Origin: an uncultured Planctomycetia bacterium
GTDB taxonomy: Bacteria; Planctomycetota; Planctomycetia; CAXEIY01
Reading direction: 5' to 3'
Assembly: GCA_963996245.1 (NCBI GenBank)
Contig: CAXEIY010000221.1
Span: forward strand, 5,360 to 69,359
Length of the DNA stretch: 64,000 nt
The notes under the pieces were generated by a model that saw only the letters and a program-made list of their open reading frames with translations, searched no databases and was not told the DNA's origin. Position numbers and translations under genes: made by a program. The number at the start of each line of letters is the position of its first letter. The stretch's first letter is position 1. Of the stretch, positions 48,438 to 58,612 are shown one piece after another.

Positions 48438-50555
48438 ATGGCTGACCATTACAAGCCTCCAAAGCGTCGTACTCACAATCATCTGTGTTCCGAAACGAGT
48501 CCCTATCTGCTTCAACACCAGTACAACCCCGTGAATTGGCATCCCTGGGGCCCTCTTGCTCTCAGAATGTCTACTGACGAAAAAAAGCCCATTTTTTTAT
48601 CTATTGGATACTCCGCCTGTCACTGGTGTCACGTGATGGAACATGAGAGTTTTGAAAACACTGCCATTGCGGATCTTCTGAATGAGCATTTTATTTCCAT
48701 AAAAGTGGATCGGGAAGAACGTCCTGACCTGGATCAGATTTATATGAGTGCCGTCCAGTTACTGACCGGACGCGGAGGATGGCCAATGTCCGTCTTTCTA
48801 ACACCTCAGTTGAAACCTTTTTATGGAGGCACCTATTTTCCACCTACCGACCGGGCAGGATTACCAGGATTTCAACGCATCCTGGAAACCTTGATACAGG
48901 AATGGAAGCAACGGCCTGAAGAAATTCAAACCCACGCTCAACAACTAACCACCCATATCCGAAACACAGCATCCGTTCCGTCTTCCGCAACAGCGTTGTC
49001 TGAAAAAATGCTCGACGATGCTTTCCTCATTCAAAACAAACAATTCGACGATACCTTTGGTGGTTTCGGCCAAGCACCTAAATTTCCTCATTCACTTGAC
49101 CTGAGACTACTGTTAAGAACCTGGTACCGAACTGGAAATCCACGTCCGCGTCAAATGGCTGAGCACACCCTCACCCACATGTCAAACGGGGGCATATTCG
49201 ATCAACTGGGAGGGGGATTCCATCGCTACAGCGTCGACAACCGCTGGCTGGTTCCGCATTTTGAAAAAATGCTTTATGACAATGCCCTGCTTATCCCGTG
49301 CTATCTCGAAACTTTCCAGCTAACCGGAAACTCCGACTATGCAGAAACTTCACGAAAGACTCTGGACTATGTCCTTTCCAGCATGACGCATCCTGACGGA
49401 GGTTTTTACAGTACCGAAGATGCAGACAGCGAAGGGAAAGAAGGAACCTTCTACACCTGGAACGTTTCCGAAATAACCACGATTTTAGGTAAGCGAAGGG
49501 CGGAACTTTTCTGTTCCTGCTACGATGTTTCAAAACAAGGTAACTGGGAAGGTACTTCGATTCTCAATCGTCCCAAAACAATTGCAGAAAATGCCGCATG
49601 GCTCGGTCTCTCTGAAAAAGATCTCCTCCATGAACTGAAAGAATGTTCCCAGTTACTGCTCAACAAACGCAATTCGCGCATCCGACCAGACCGAGATGAA
49701 AAAATTCTCACTGACTGGAATGCTTTAATGATCGATGCATGCATTTGTGGGTATCGTGTCCTGCAAGACAAACGATATCTCGATGCTGCGGTTCAGGCGA
49801 TTAGTTTCCTCCTTGACAACGTGCGAACACCCGAAGGGATGCTGCTGCACTGTTACAAAAACGAAACTGCCAAATTTCCAGCCTATGCGGATGACTATGC
49901 GTACCTGATTCACGCACTCATTCAGCTTTACGAAGCAACTTTTGACTGGAAATGGATAGATACCGCATCTCAACTGGCAGAGCTTTTTATTGAGCACTTC
50001 TGGGATCCTGAAGAATATGGTTTTTTCTTCACTGGGAAGAATCATGAAACACTGATTACGCGCCCCAAAATTGGCAGAGACAATGTCACTCCTTCTGCAA
50101 ACGGTGTTGCAGCTTTCTGCTTTCAGCGGTTATCACAATTAACGGCAAACCCTCGTTATGCCTTACTGACTGAACAAATCCTTAACCGCTACCAGTCTTC
50201 CATCATTGATTACCCACAAATTTGTCCACAATTATTACTCGCACTCGATGAATACCTTGCACCTTCCCGGGAACTGGTAATCACGGCACCCGACAATTCC
50301 AAAGACCTGAAGCTCCTCTGCCAAAAGATCAACTCTCTTTTTCTACCGAACACGGTAGTCGCGGTACTTTCCGAAAAACACCGCCGGGACCATCCCCTTT
50401 TCCAAGGAAAAGACATTCCAGACAACCAAATAGCCTTATACCTTTGTCAAAACAACAGTTGTGAGGTACCGGTAATCGGCCTTTCTCCTGCATTAGATAA
50501 AATCAGGTCTCTGATACCTCCACACGCAAGAAATCGCAATGTTGAGAATGAATAA
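48438..50555 (+). CDS. Thioredoxin-domain protein of the YyaL/SSP411 (DUF255) family, with a thioredoxin-like N-terminus and an (alpha/alpha)6 N-acylglucosamine-2-epimerase-like barrel
   Basis: YNPVNWHPWGPLA...IFLSIGYSACHWCHVMEHESF is the family hallmark, at about 700 aa. Confidence 0.85.
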   Translation: MADHYKPPKRRTHNHLCSETSPYLLQHQYNPVNWHPWGPLALRMSTDEKKPIFLSIGYSACHWCHVMEHESFENTAIADLLNEHFISIKVDREERPDLDQIYMSAVQLLTGRGGWPMSVFLTPQLKPFYGGTYFPPTDRAGLPGFQRILETLIQEWKQRPEEIQTHAQQLTTHIRNTASVPSSATALSEKMLDDAFLIQNKQFDDTFGGFGQAPKFPHSLDLRLLLRTWYRTGNPRPRQMAEHTLTHMSNGGIFDQLGGGFHRYSVDNRWLVPHFEKMLYDNALLIPCYLETFQLTGNSDYAETSRKTLDYVLSSMTHPDGGFYSTEDADSEGKEGTFYTWNVSEITTILGKRRAELFCSCYDVSKQGNWEGTSILNRPKTIAENAAWLGLSEKDLLHELKECSQLLLNKRNSRIRPDRDEKILTDWNALMIDACICGYRVLQDKRYLDAAVQAISFLLDNVRTPEGMLLHCYKNETAKFPAYADDYAYLIHALIQLYEATFDWKWIDTASQLAELFIEHFWDPEEYGFFFTGKNHETLITRPKIGRDNVTPSANGVAAFCFQRLSQLTANPRYALLTEQILNRYQSSIIDYPQICPQLLLALDEYLAPSRELVITAPDNSKDLKLLCQKINSLFLPNTVVAVLSEKHRRDHPLFQGKDIPDNQIALYLCQNNSCEVPVIGLSPALDKIRSLIPPHARNRNVENE

Positions 50556-50779
50556 TCCATGGATTCCTTTTTCTTTCCGTCCGTTTTAAGAAAATAAGAC
50601 AACCCGATATCTGCATTCACGTAAAATTCTGCACTCCAGGTTTCAGACCATGTTTTAAGATGCTTCATCCAGCCCGACCAGAGATTCTGAGTGAACCGAT
50701 TGCAGCACGTCAACCGTTTTATACGGTAGTTGAGTCAATAGTGTGGTACGATCGTCGAAAGGTAAGGAGACCGTGTATG

Positions 50780-50851
50780 TTTGACAAGGACATCCCGTTT
50801 TCACTTGTAATTCACCACAGTCCTTCTAATCCACAGCCAGAACTTCTATGA
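50780..50851 (+). CDS. Candidate 24-aa leader-type mini-ORF (MFDKDIPFSLVIHHSPSNPQPELL) coupled to the PilT-like gene
   Basis: AAGGAGA lies 6 nt upstream of its ATG. Its TGA stop overlaps the ATG of the downstream gene (ctATGAat). It is in the same frame as the listed 63-aa ORF 50660..50851. Confidence 0.3.
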   Translation, partial: FDKDIPFSLVIHHSPSNPQPELL

Positions 50852-51915
50852 ATATTTCAACCATTCTCGATGGCGCAGCGCAGCATTTCCCCAGTGACTT
50901 ACTGTTACAAGAAGGCTCTCCACCGGCCGTACGAATCCATGGCACATTGAACTCAACAAAGGTGCCTGCGCTTCAGGAATCTGATCTGAAAGAGATGTTG
51001 GATGAAATTACACCGGACGCTCTTTGGAAACAGATTGAACAAAAAGAGGATATTGAATTCATTCATACCGAGTCTCCGAAAACCAGGTATCGAGTAACCC
51101 TCTTTCACTCCAACGGTCATCTAACTGCTTCGATCCGTATCCTTCCTTACGAAACACCCTCTTTTTCTTTTCTGGAACTGCCATCGGTTTTCAAGGAAAT
51201 ATCCGACCTCAAACAAGGACTTGTCCTCCTCAGTGGTCGATCCGGTAGTGGCCGTAGCTGTACCACCGCCTCTATCATAGAGTCCATCAATTCGAATCAT
51301 ACCCGTCATATTGTTGAAGTTTCTAACTGTCCCGAATTCAACCATCTTTCGAAAAAATCCTTCATTTCACAGGTTCCTCCCGGCTCCAAATCCTCCACGG
51401 AAACGGTGCTCGAACAACTACTCCATTACAATGCTGACGTTGTTATTTTGGACGAAATTAGTGATTGGACAACCGCCAGACAGGCATTACGTCTGTGCGA
51501 TGCCGGTGCACTGGTTATTGCCAACTGCCTGGCGACAACCGCTCAGGACGCTCTGGAAAACCTGATCCGAATAATCCCGGAATCTTCACGTCAGAACTTC
51601 CTTCAAAATCTAGCGCTCAACCTGCAAGCAATCAGTTGCCAGCGACTATGCCGAAAAAAGAAGGGGAAAGGACGGGCGGTTGCTACCGAGATAATCCGTA
51701 ATGCCCCGATCCTGACCACCGCGCTGATCGAACTGGATTTCAACCGGATTGAAAAACTCATTCAAAGTGGCCAGTCAGACATGAGGAGTTTCGACCAGGA
51801 TCTAGACAGACTAGTACGAGCCGAACGCATCAGTGAGCAAGAGGCTCTGAAGCAGACACTCAATCCTGACAGCATGCAAATGTTGTTACGAGGATTTGGT
51901 GCTCGAACAAAATAG
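50848..51915 (+). CDS. PilT/PilU-like type IV pilus retraction or secretion ATPase paralog, with substitutions at the Walker A lysine, Asp-box and His-box positions (predicted catalytically impaired)
   Basis: It aligns without gaps to PilT blocks, but GPTGSGKSTT becomes GRSGSGRSCT (Walker A Lys to Arg), EDPIEF becomes SNCPEF, and GTLHTTSA becomes ANCLATTA. The Walker B Asp/Glu (DVVILDEISD) is retained. Confidence 0.82.
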   Translation: MNISTILDGAAQHFPSDLLLQEGSPPAVRIHGTLNSTKVPALQESDLKEMLDEITPDALWKQIEQKEDIEFIHTESPKTRYRVTLFHSNGHLTASIRILPYETPSFSFLELPSVFKEISDLKQGLVLLSGRSGSGRSCTTASIIESINSNHTRHIVEVSNCPEFNHLSKKSFISQVPPGSKSSTETVLEQLLHYNADVVILDEISDWTTARQALRLCDAGALVIANCLATTAQDALENLIRIIPESSRQNFLQNLALNLQAISCQRLCRKKKGKGRAVATEIIRNAPILTTALIELDFNRIEKLIQSGQSDMRSFDQDLDRLVRAERISEQEALKQTLNPDSMQMLLRGFGARTK

Positions 51916-52083
51916 TGAAGCTGACCAATCGAGTCACCTGTTTTTCCCAACAGTTGACTCGAACTGTACAATCTCGCAAGCCCTGTTTTATCGATGAGAT
52001 TGTTCTAGCGGACAGGTTATTCTGATAAGCTTGGTGACCGTTACCGATCTCAACCATTCCTGGTTTTCAAGACTGAAGTCATC

Positions 52084-53928
52084 ATGATCACACTTCTAAC
52101 GGCAGTCCTATCGTTTCTGGGTTTTATTGTCGCCTACCACACCTATGGAAAGTGGCTTGCAAACAAGATTTTTCGTCTTTCCCCCGATGCGACTGTACCG
52201 AGCGTTCAACTACGAGACGACATCGATTTCATACCCACCAAGAAAGAAGTTATTTTCGGGCATCACTTTACTAGCATTGCCGGCACCGGACCGATTGTAG
52301 GACCTGCCATAGCCGTATTCTGGGGCTGGTTACCTGCCCTGCTTTGGGTAGTCTTCGGTTCCATTTTCATAGGTGCCGTTCACGATTTTGGAGCACTGGT
52401 AGTTTCTCTACGAAATCGGGGACAAACCGTTGGGGAAGTGGCAGGAAGACTGATTACCCCTCGGGCCAAATTGTTGTTTCTACTCACCCTGTTTTTTGCT
52501 TTGACAATCGTAATCGCCATATTTGGGTTGGTCATTGCATCTATTTTCGCCATTTATCCTGCTTCGGTACTTTCTGTGTGGATTGAAATACCCATCGCGA
52601 TAGCTATCGGTTTTTGGGTTTATCGACGTGGTGGACAATTGCTTTTCTGTTCGATCATCGCCTTGGGATTATTGTATTTGGCAATTTATCTTGGGGTGTA
52701 TTACTTTCCCATTACGTTGTCCGTGAACAACCCCGTTGTCATCTGGACTCTTCTCCTGATGGCATACTGCTTCACGGCCTCCGTCCTGCCGGTGTGGACC
52801 TTGCTTCAGCCGCGCGACTTCATCAACAGTCATCAGCTCGTTCTGGCGCTGGCCTTGCTGGTTGGCGGACTTTTTGTCGCAGGCCTGAGCGGTGAAGCGG
52901 ATCTGGTAGCAAGTGCGCCAGCTTACTCTTTATCACCACCAACGGGATCACCCCCACTTTTCCCATTTCTGTTTATTACGATAGCCTGTGGTGCCATCAG
53001 CGGTTTTCATTGTCTGGTCAGCAGTGGAACATCCAGTAAACAGCTCCAGTGTGAAACGGATGCTCAATACGTCGGCTATGGTGCTATGCTGCTGGAAGGT
53101 GCACTGGCAGTCATCGTCATTCTTTCCTGCTGTGCAGGAATCGGTATGGGTGTCATGGAAGACGGAGTCATGCTTACACAGCGAGAGGCATGGCACACAA
53201 AATACAGTCCCACAGGACACTGGAACAGTTTCGGACTGTCAGACAAAGTGGGGGCATTTGTAGAGGGAGGTGCTAATTTCATCCATGCACTGGGCATTCC
53301 TCTCGAGCTTGCAATCGGTATCATCGCAGTACTCGTTGCCAGTTTTGCAGCGACCACACTGGACACCGCAACACGGCTCCAGCGCTATGTGATTCAAGAA
53401 CTGGGAACAAGTCTTCACATTGCGCCACTAAAAAACAAGTATATTGCAACCCTGAGCGCCGTCGGTCTCGGTGCCGCCATGGCTATGATTCCAGCACCCG
53501 GAAAATCGATGGGAACCGGTGGGCTGATTCTGTGGCCCCTTTTTGGTGCCATCAACCAGTTGCTCGCAGGCCTTGCTTTCATGGTGTTAGTCTTCTACCT
53601 TTGGCGCCGGAACATCAATGTCCTATTTGCAGCAATACCTATGGGCATCATGCTTGTCATGCCCGCAGCTGCGCTTCTATGGCAAGTCTTCAATACCAAT
53701 AGCGGATGGGCATGGCCTCTGCTTGGAATGATTAAAGGAACGCAAGATTGGTCCTGGCATCATTCCCATTTACTTCTGACCATTGGTGTAGCCACACTCG
53801 GACTTCAATTGTGGATTGCAATAGAAGCACTGCTACTGTTTCCTGCAACGAAAGGCATTTTGGAAAAATCCCTTCCTCCGCTGGAAGACCGTTCCCCAAC
53901 AACTCAGGACCCTCTTTTATCATCGTAA
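52084..53928 (+). CDS. cstA: Carbon starvation protein A (CstA family peptide/pyruvate transporter)
   Basis: The N-terminal LSFLGFIVAYHTYGKWLANKIF and a polytopic 614 aa with CstA-like blocks (HHFTSIAGTGPIVGPA). Confidence 0.8.
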   Translation: MITLLTAVLSFLGFIVAYHTYGKWLANKIFRLSPDATVPSVQLRDDIDFIPTKKEVIFGHHFTSIAGTGPIVGPAIAVFWGWLPALLWVVFGSIFIGAVHDFGALVVSLRNRGQTVGEVAGRLITPRAKLLFLLTLFFALTIVIAIFGLVIASIFAIYPASVLSVWIEIPIAIAIGFWVYRRGGQLLFCSIIALGLLYLAIYLGVYYFPITLSVNNPVVIWTLLLMAYCFTASVLPVWTLLQPRDFINSHQLVLALALLVGGLFVAGLSGEADLVASAPAYSLSPPTGSPPLFPFLFITIACGAISGFHCLVSSGTSSKQLQCETDAQYVGYGAMLLEGALAVIVILSCCAGIGMGVMEDGVMLTQREAWHTKYSPTGHWNSFGLSDKVGAFVEGGANFIHALGIPLELAIGIIAVLVASFAATTLDTATRLQRYVIQELGTSLHIAPLKNKYIATLSAVGLGAAMAMIPAPGKSMGTGGLILWPLFGAINQLLAGLAFMVLVFYLWRRNINVLFAAIPMGIMLVMPAAALLWQVFNTNSGWAWPLLGMIKGTQDWSWHHSHLLLTIGVATLGLQLWIAIEALLLFPATKGILEKSLPPLEDRSPTTQDPLLSS

Positions 53929-54036
53929 CCCTGTTGAAACGACCAAGCAGCCTGCACGCCGTTGCAACATCGGTGATGATAAATATAAGATTAAGATAGG
54001 TTTTTCCCCTTACCAAGACCATACCTAGGGAATGCC

Positions 54037-54831
54037 ATGGCTCATACGACTTTTCTGCTCGTTCTGTTGAGTGCGGTCGCGTTGTCTCCCAATCCTGATG
54101 TGTTACCAGTGATCGTTACCACGATCGATGCACGTACGGCTGAATCTCGTCGCGCCAAACAACTCGTTCAGCGTTACCAAAGCGATTTTTCCCGTCTACG
54201 TCAGGCTAATGGAAAAAGGAGTATCCAAAAAATCAACAAGCGACTCGTCAGCAGTCTCAACTCACTGGAAAAGATCTTTCGCAAAGAATCACTGCGGCGT
54301 GACTTTCGTAATTACTGCAATCTTGGAGGCATACCCATAGGAGGCAGTATCATTCGCAGCTCCCCATTTTATATCGATGAGAAATCTGTGCAATTTCGGG
54401 TTATTAACCGAACCGGCAAATATCTCCGACTTTTAACCCTCTCGATCTCCTTCTTTAATGAAAACGGACAACGGGTTGGCCAAAGCAACCGACGCATTCG
54501 TGAATTTCCAGCGAATCAGGAAGATCTGATTCGTGTTCCTCAAACAACTCGTTTTCACCAGGTTCAGGCACAATTCCTGTCTGGAAAATTTGGAATGGGA
54601 ACCATCCTACTCGAGATTGATCCTCCAGAGACGCAAGTATGGATCGATAAAAAACGCATACTACTAAAAGGACAAAAAAATCTGATCCAACGGCAGATCG
54701 AGGTAGGAGAACATGTTCTCAACATACGCAAAGATGGTTATAGACCCATCGAAAAACAGTTCCGTATCGAGCACGGAAAAAAACAGCAGCTTCGGATTGA
54801 ACTTCAACCGCGCACTCGAAAATCCAATTAA
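54037..54831 (+). CDS. Secreted hypothetical protein with a C-terminal PEGA-like domain
   Basis: Signal peptide, then the C-terminal ...TQVWIDKKRILLKG...HVLNIRKDGYRPIEKQFRIE, which resembles a PEGA beta-sandwich. Confidence 0.45.
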   Translation: MAHTTFLLVLLSAVALSPNPDVLPVIVTTIDARTAESRRAKQLVQRYQSDFSRLRQANGKRSIQKINKRLVSSLNSLEKIFRKESLRRDFRNYCNLGGIPIGGSIIRSSPFYIDEKSVQFRVINRTGKYLRLLTLSISFFNENGQRVGQSNRRIREFPANQEDLIRVPQTTRFHQVQAQFLSGKFGMGTILLEIDPPETQVWIDKKRILLKGQKNLIQRQIEVGEHVLNIRKDGYRPIEKQFRIEHGKKQQLRIELQPRTRKSN

Positions 54832-54950
54832 ACTCCCGGCTGGCAAAGCACCGCACGGCAACAACCTGCTACCCAGAATCTTTTTCTGTACCCATTGTGG
54901 AGTTGGTCAAAATGTCTGGTTGACCGGCTAGGCCGAAACAAAATTTCCAA

Positions 54951-56042
54951 TCAGTTTTGATCTGGGCCAGACGATTCTGGACGAAATTCCGGAAGTAAAA
55001 ACTGAAGCGCACTGCCACCCTCTCGTACCAGTTCTTCAAGTGGAGCGGTAGCACCTTCGGTGTCCAACTGTTCAATCCAGTTCATCGTCATATCCTCGGC
55101 ATCAGCGCCTATGGAAGTAAAAAATTCCGTCTGAGGAATTGCTTCTCCGTAAACCGGGTTTTGGAAGTCAATTTGAATCAAACGATTTCCTTTGTCACGA
55201 CCAGCACCAACATGCTGATACTGAATACGATGTGGAAAACCTGTCTCTCGGTTCAGTGTGAGGTATGCATGAGTGGGTAAATGTGGGAGCAACTCGGGTT
55301 GCTCACGCTGGTTACCGGGCTCAGCATCGGGATCTTCCGGGGGAAGATATCGTGATTTGATAACCTGCTTCCATTGGCCTTCCAAAACGTATACTGCCTG
55401 CTGATTCACCTGTTCGAATGAGACCTCTTCAGGAAGCACTCGAACCCACTTTTCAGGATCCATCGTATCATTGATCCCTCGAAGCAATTGTCCCATGGAA
55501 AACATTCCCATCATGTCCAATATAAGCTGCTGAATTTCTTGTTTCTGTCGCTTCTCCAAAACAGAAACGACCTGTTGAACGTCGATGGTCATTTCACGTT
55601 TGAACCCCAAAACATCTTCTTTAACCGTGAATTGCTTTCCATCACAGGACATAATCAAAAAACTAGTTCGATTGCCTCCCTGGCCTTCCACGAACTCCCC
55701 TAAGTCGAATTCCAGTTCCAATCTCATGGTCAGATCACCCGCACCCTTCAAGTAACGGCCTTTTCCAATCACAGATTTTCCAAACATGGTCACTTGATGC
55801 TGAATATCAGCCTGAATGGTTTGATACTTCGATACCTTTGCGATGGATTCTTCTAACAGTGATTTTGTTTTTCCGATCTCACTTTCTTGAGTTTCTTCGG
55901 AAACGTCATCTGGTGATGACTGAACGGTTTCCTCAACACGACTCGCCTTGTTGGCCGACTGGTCCTGAGCGCAAACTAATTCCGGACCAGTAGTTACGAA
56001 CAACACAACAGAAACAGCAGTCCACATTTTAACGCACTTCAT
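54951..56042 (-). CDS. Secreted hypothetical protein (possibly LolA/RseB-like fold, unconfirmed)
   Basis: Cleavable signal peptide (MKCVKMWTAVSVVLFVTTGPELVCA). I recognise no motif. Confidence 0.55.
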   Translation of the reverse strand: MKCVKMWTAVSVVLFVTTGPELVCAQDQSANKASRVEETVQSSPDDVSEETQESEIGKTKSLLEESIAKVSKYQTIQADIQHQVTMFGKSVIGKGRYLKGAGDLTMRLELEFDLGEFVEGQGGNRTSFLIMSCDGKQFTVKEDVLGFKREMTIDVQQVVSVLEKRQKQEIQQLILDMMGMFSMGQLLRGINDTMDPEKWVRVLPEEVSFEQVNQQAVYVLEGQWKQVIKSRYLPPEDPDAEPGNQREQPELLPHLPTHAYLTLNRETGFPHRIQYQHVGAGRDKGNRLIQIDFQNPVYGEAIPQTEFFTSIGADAEDMTMNWIEQLDTEGATAPLEELVREGGSALQFLLPEFRPESSGPDQN

Positions 56043-56293
56043 AGGTCCAGCCCCTGAGGTAACGGGTGTATCGAATATCCATTCAAAACGGAATATAACG
56101 ATTTTGCGAAAGAATTCGGCTCTAACGGTCGAGATTAAGCTACAGACATTTGATTCGGCTCGGCCATCGGGATATGAATTGTCCTTCTATTTTAAAGGCA
56201 CTTCCCACGGTGGTCCATGCAGAAAAACCAACTTGTTCGTTATCGGAACATTTCATCACGTTTGTGGGAAACGAATTTCAGTCCGAGGGAGTC

Positions 56294-57166
56294 ATGATGA
56301 AACGCACTATTATGGTATTTGCTGCCGCTGCATTTGTGGCGGGTTGTTCTCACGACCGACAGGCCGTTATGACTCGGCACCCCGGACCTGGAATAGAAGG
56401 TCCCGGAACGAGTGCACAGACGCACGCACTGTCATCAGCCACGACTACACATGCCCAGGTCTTTTTCGCAGGACCAGGTGGTATGCACATTAGCTGGGAA
56501 AGTGGAGGACCTGGACAGTTTTCACCTCCTCAAATCACTGCGCCAGGACGATATAATTTCAAGCAAGGCAATATTTACCGACTGAAATTAACGGGTATCC
56601 CTGGTCGCGACGGAGTCGAAATATATCCGACCCTGGAAATAGCCGCACCGAATGCAAAGACCAGTGCCTATCTCTCACACAACCCCGTTCCGATTTCCAT
56701 GAGTGCAGAGGACATCGACCAGATTCTTGCCGGCAATTTCCTGACGAAGGTGGTTTTTCTTCCAGATCCACAGCATCAAGAACTTGCTATTCCTGGCGTA
56801 GAAACCTTGGTCTCAACGCGACTTGAACCTGGCGCAAATCCGACGGCTGAAGCGGACAGAAGAGGTACGATCCTTGCCATTATCAGAGTAGGAAATATCG
56901 ACTTGGAGACACCTTCTGGAAATCCCATCAGTATGACTGCTCAACGTAATCCAATCCAGTTTGCCGGATCAGGAATGATGAGGGGAGGCGGATCGCACAT
57001 GGCATCTGGATACGCAACGCCCGTCCAAAGCAACCGCGTTCCGAGCTACTACGGACAGGGTCGCCAGCCAACAACTGCCATTCCAGCATCTACCTGGAGA
57101 AGCACACCTGCCAACCAAAACACGCAACGGATGGATCGGTTTGGAACTCCCATGTTTCGGAGATAG
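56294..57166 (+). CDS. Hypothetical lipoprotein, copy A of a tandem paralog pair
   Basis: GAGGGA lies 3 nt upstream of ATG 56294. The lipobox is FVAGC. It shares IYRLKLTGIPGRDGVEIYPTLEI, LTKVVFLPDPQ and ILAIIRVGN blocks with the next gene. Confidence 0.62.
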   Translation: MMKRTIMVFAAAAFVAGCSHDRQAVMTRHPGPGIEGPGTSAQTHALSSATTTHAQVFFAGPGGMHISWESGGPGQFSPPQITAPGRYNFKQGNIYRLKLTGIPGRDGVEIYPTLEIAAPNAKTSAYLSHNPVPISMSAEDIDQILAGNFLTKVVFLPDPQHQELAIPGVETLVSTRLEPGANPTAEADRRGTILAIIRVGNIDLETPSGNPISMTAQRNPIQFAGSGMMRGGGSHMASGYATPVQSNRVPSYYGQGRQPTTAIPASTWRSTPANQNTQRMDRFGTPMFRR

Positions 57167-57359
57167 ATTCCTACTGGAGAAAACCACACGTTCTCCTGAT
57201 AACCAACGATGCCACCTTTTGGTTCTATTAAACGCTGGTATCGTTCGCCAACCGAAGGAGATTGACCCGATTTCTTTTCCGAAGGAAATCGGGTTTCTCA
57301 AAGCCCTCTAAAATTGCGTCCCTGAGCCTTCACAAACACCATCAACCCCCTCGGACATT

Positions 57360-58574
57360 ATGAAATCAAGAATATCGGAATCCAACGTTCTTCGACTGAA
57401 ATCACCGTTGTTTAACACATTCCGCAATTCAAAAATCATAGTGCTCCTCGTGGTCGTATCGAGTACGTGTTCCGTATGGGTCACAGAGGCACAAACCGTT
57501 CCTATTTCACCACCCAGCCATTACCCCTGGTCACCACATTCGGCTTTACCTGGATCTATCGGTCAGGACCAACTTAACCGGTCTGTTGCTCCGCAAGGAT
57601 TTTTTCAAGCCTTTCGCATGACAGGTCCTGCTGGACTGCAGGTAACGTTGAGAGCAGCCAACCTGCCGCCGGCTGGAACCACCGTAGATACACCGGCCGA
57701 CTTTGCTTTGATTGTCGGATCGATATACCGCCTACAATTGGACAACATCCCAGGATTTCCCGGATCGCGACTATATCCCAGTGTTGAAATTCTGGACCGT
57801 TTGCATCCTCCCCAGGGACTCCAAGGACGTTACCCGGTTCCACTTGATTTCACAAACGATGAACTTCAGGCAGCACTGGAAGGGCGATTGATCACCAAAG
57901 TCATCTTTCTTGAACAGCCTGATTTGGCACTACCAACCCACCTTAGGGAAGGGGAAGTACCCGTCCATCACGTACGCCCGGGAGACAACGTGCTCCAATT
58001 AGCAGATACACTTGGTCGACCCATAGCCATAATTCGTATGGGGCTCTGGACTCCAATGTCGAACGACCTCGGCAATGATCCTTTGGGGCCCAACAACCTG
58101 ATCGAATTCCCGAATCACTCCCTAACCAGAAGATCAACTCCCCCTTCCTTTTCCGTTGTTCCTCAAACACTTCGCCCTTCTCTTCTGTTTCAAAACAAAC
58201 CGCCCTTGAAAGCACCCTTGCTCAATGGAACAAACCTGTTTCCGACCCGCCATCCGGAACCGTCAACAGCCCATCTAGAAATCCCTTCCTCTGGGCAGAA
58301 GTCTTCCCGACGTTTGTTCACTCCTGTAATCACAAGGACATCCGGACCAGAGACACGTGTACCCTCTCCATCAAACGCCATTAAGAACTCTGCATCGAAA
58401 AAACGCCATTCGCTCTTTCCAGATTCAAAACAGACGAACCCGGATGATGGTTGGGGGCCCAGCAAGCGACAGCCTTCAAAAAAACGTCGAAAACATACCC
58501 TTTCAAAAACACAGGAACGATGGAAAGCACAGCACAATCCCACCTTCAATGCGATTGCTCACCTCGGCAGCTAA
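57360..58574 (+). CDS. Hypothetical secreted protein, copy B of the tandem paralog pair, with a basic C-terminal tail
   Basis: Signal peptide. IYRLQLDNIPGFPGSRLYPSVEI, ITKVIFLEQPD and IAIIRMGL align to copy A. Confidence 0.62.
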   Translation: MKSRISESNVLRLKSPLFNTFRNSKIIVLLVVVSSTCSVWVTEAQTVPISPPSHYPWSPHSALPGSIGQDQLNRSVAPQGFFQAFRMTGPAGLQVTLRAANLPPAGTTVDTPADFALIVGSIYRLQLDNIPGFPGSRLYPSVEILDRLHPPQGLQGRYPVPLDFTNDELQAALEGRLITKVIFLEQPDLALPTHLREGEVPVHHVRPGDNVLQLADTLGRPIAIIRMGLWTPMSNDLGNDPLGPNNLIEFPNHSLTRRSTPPSFSVVPQTLRPSLLFQNKPPLKAPLLNGTNLFPTRHPEPSTAHLEIPSSGQKSSRRLFTPVITRTSGPETRVPSPSNAIKNSASKKRHSLFPDSKQTNPDDGWGPSKRQPSKKRRKHTLSKTQERWKAQHNPTFNAIAHLGS

Positions 58575-58612
58575 ACTCGAACCTCCCCTCCGTTTCGAGA
58601 CAAGGCCATCCC

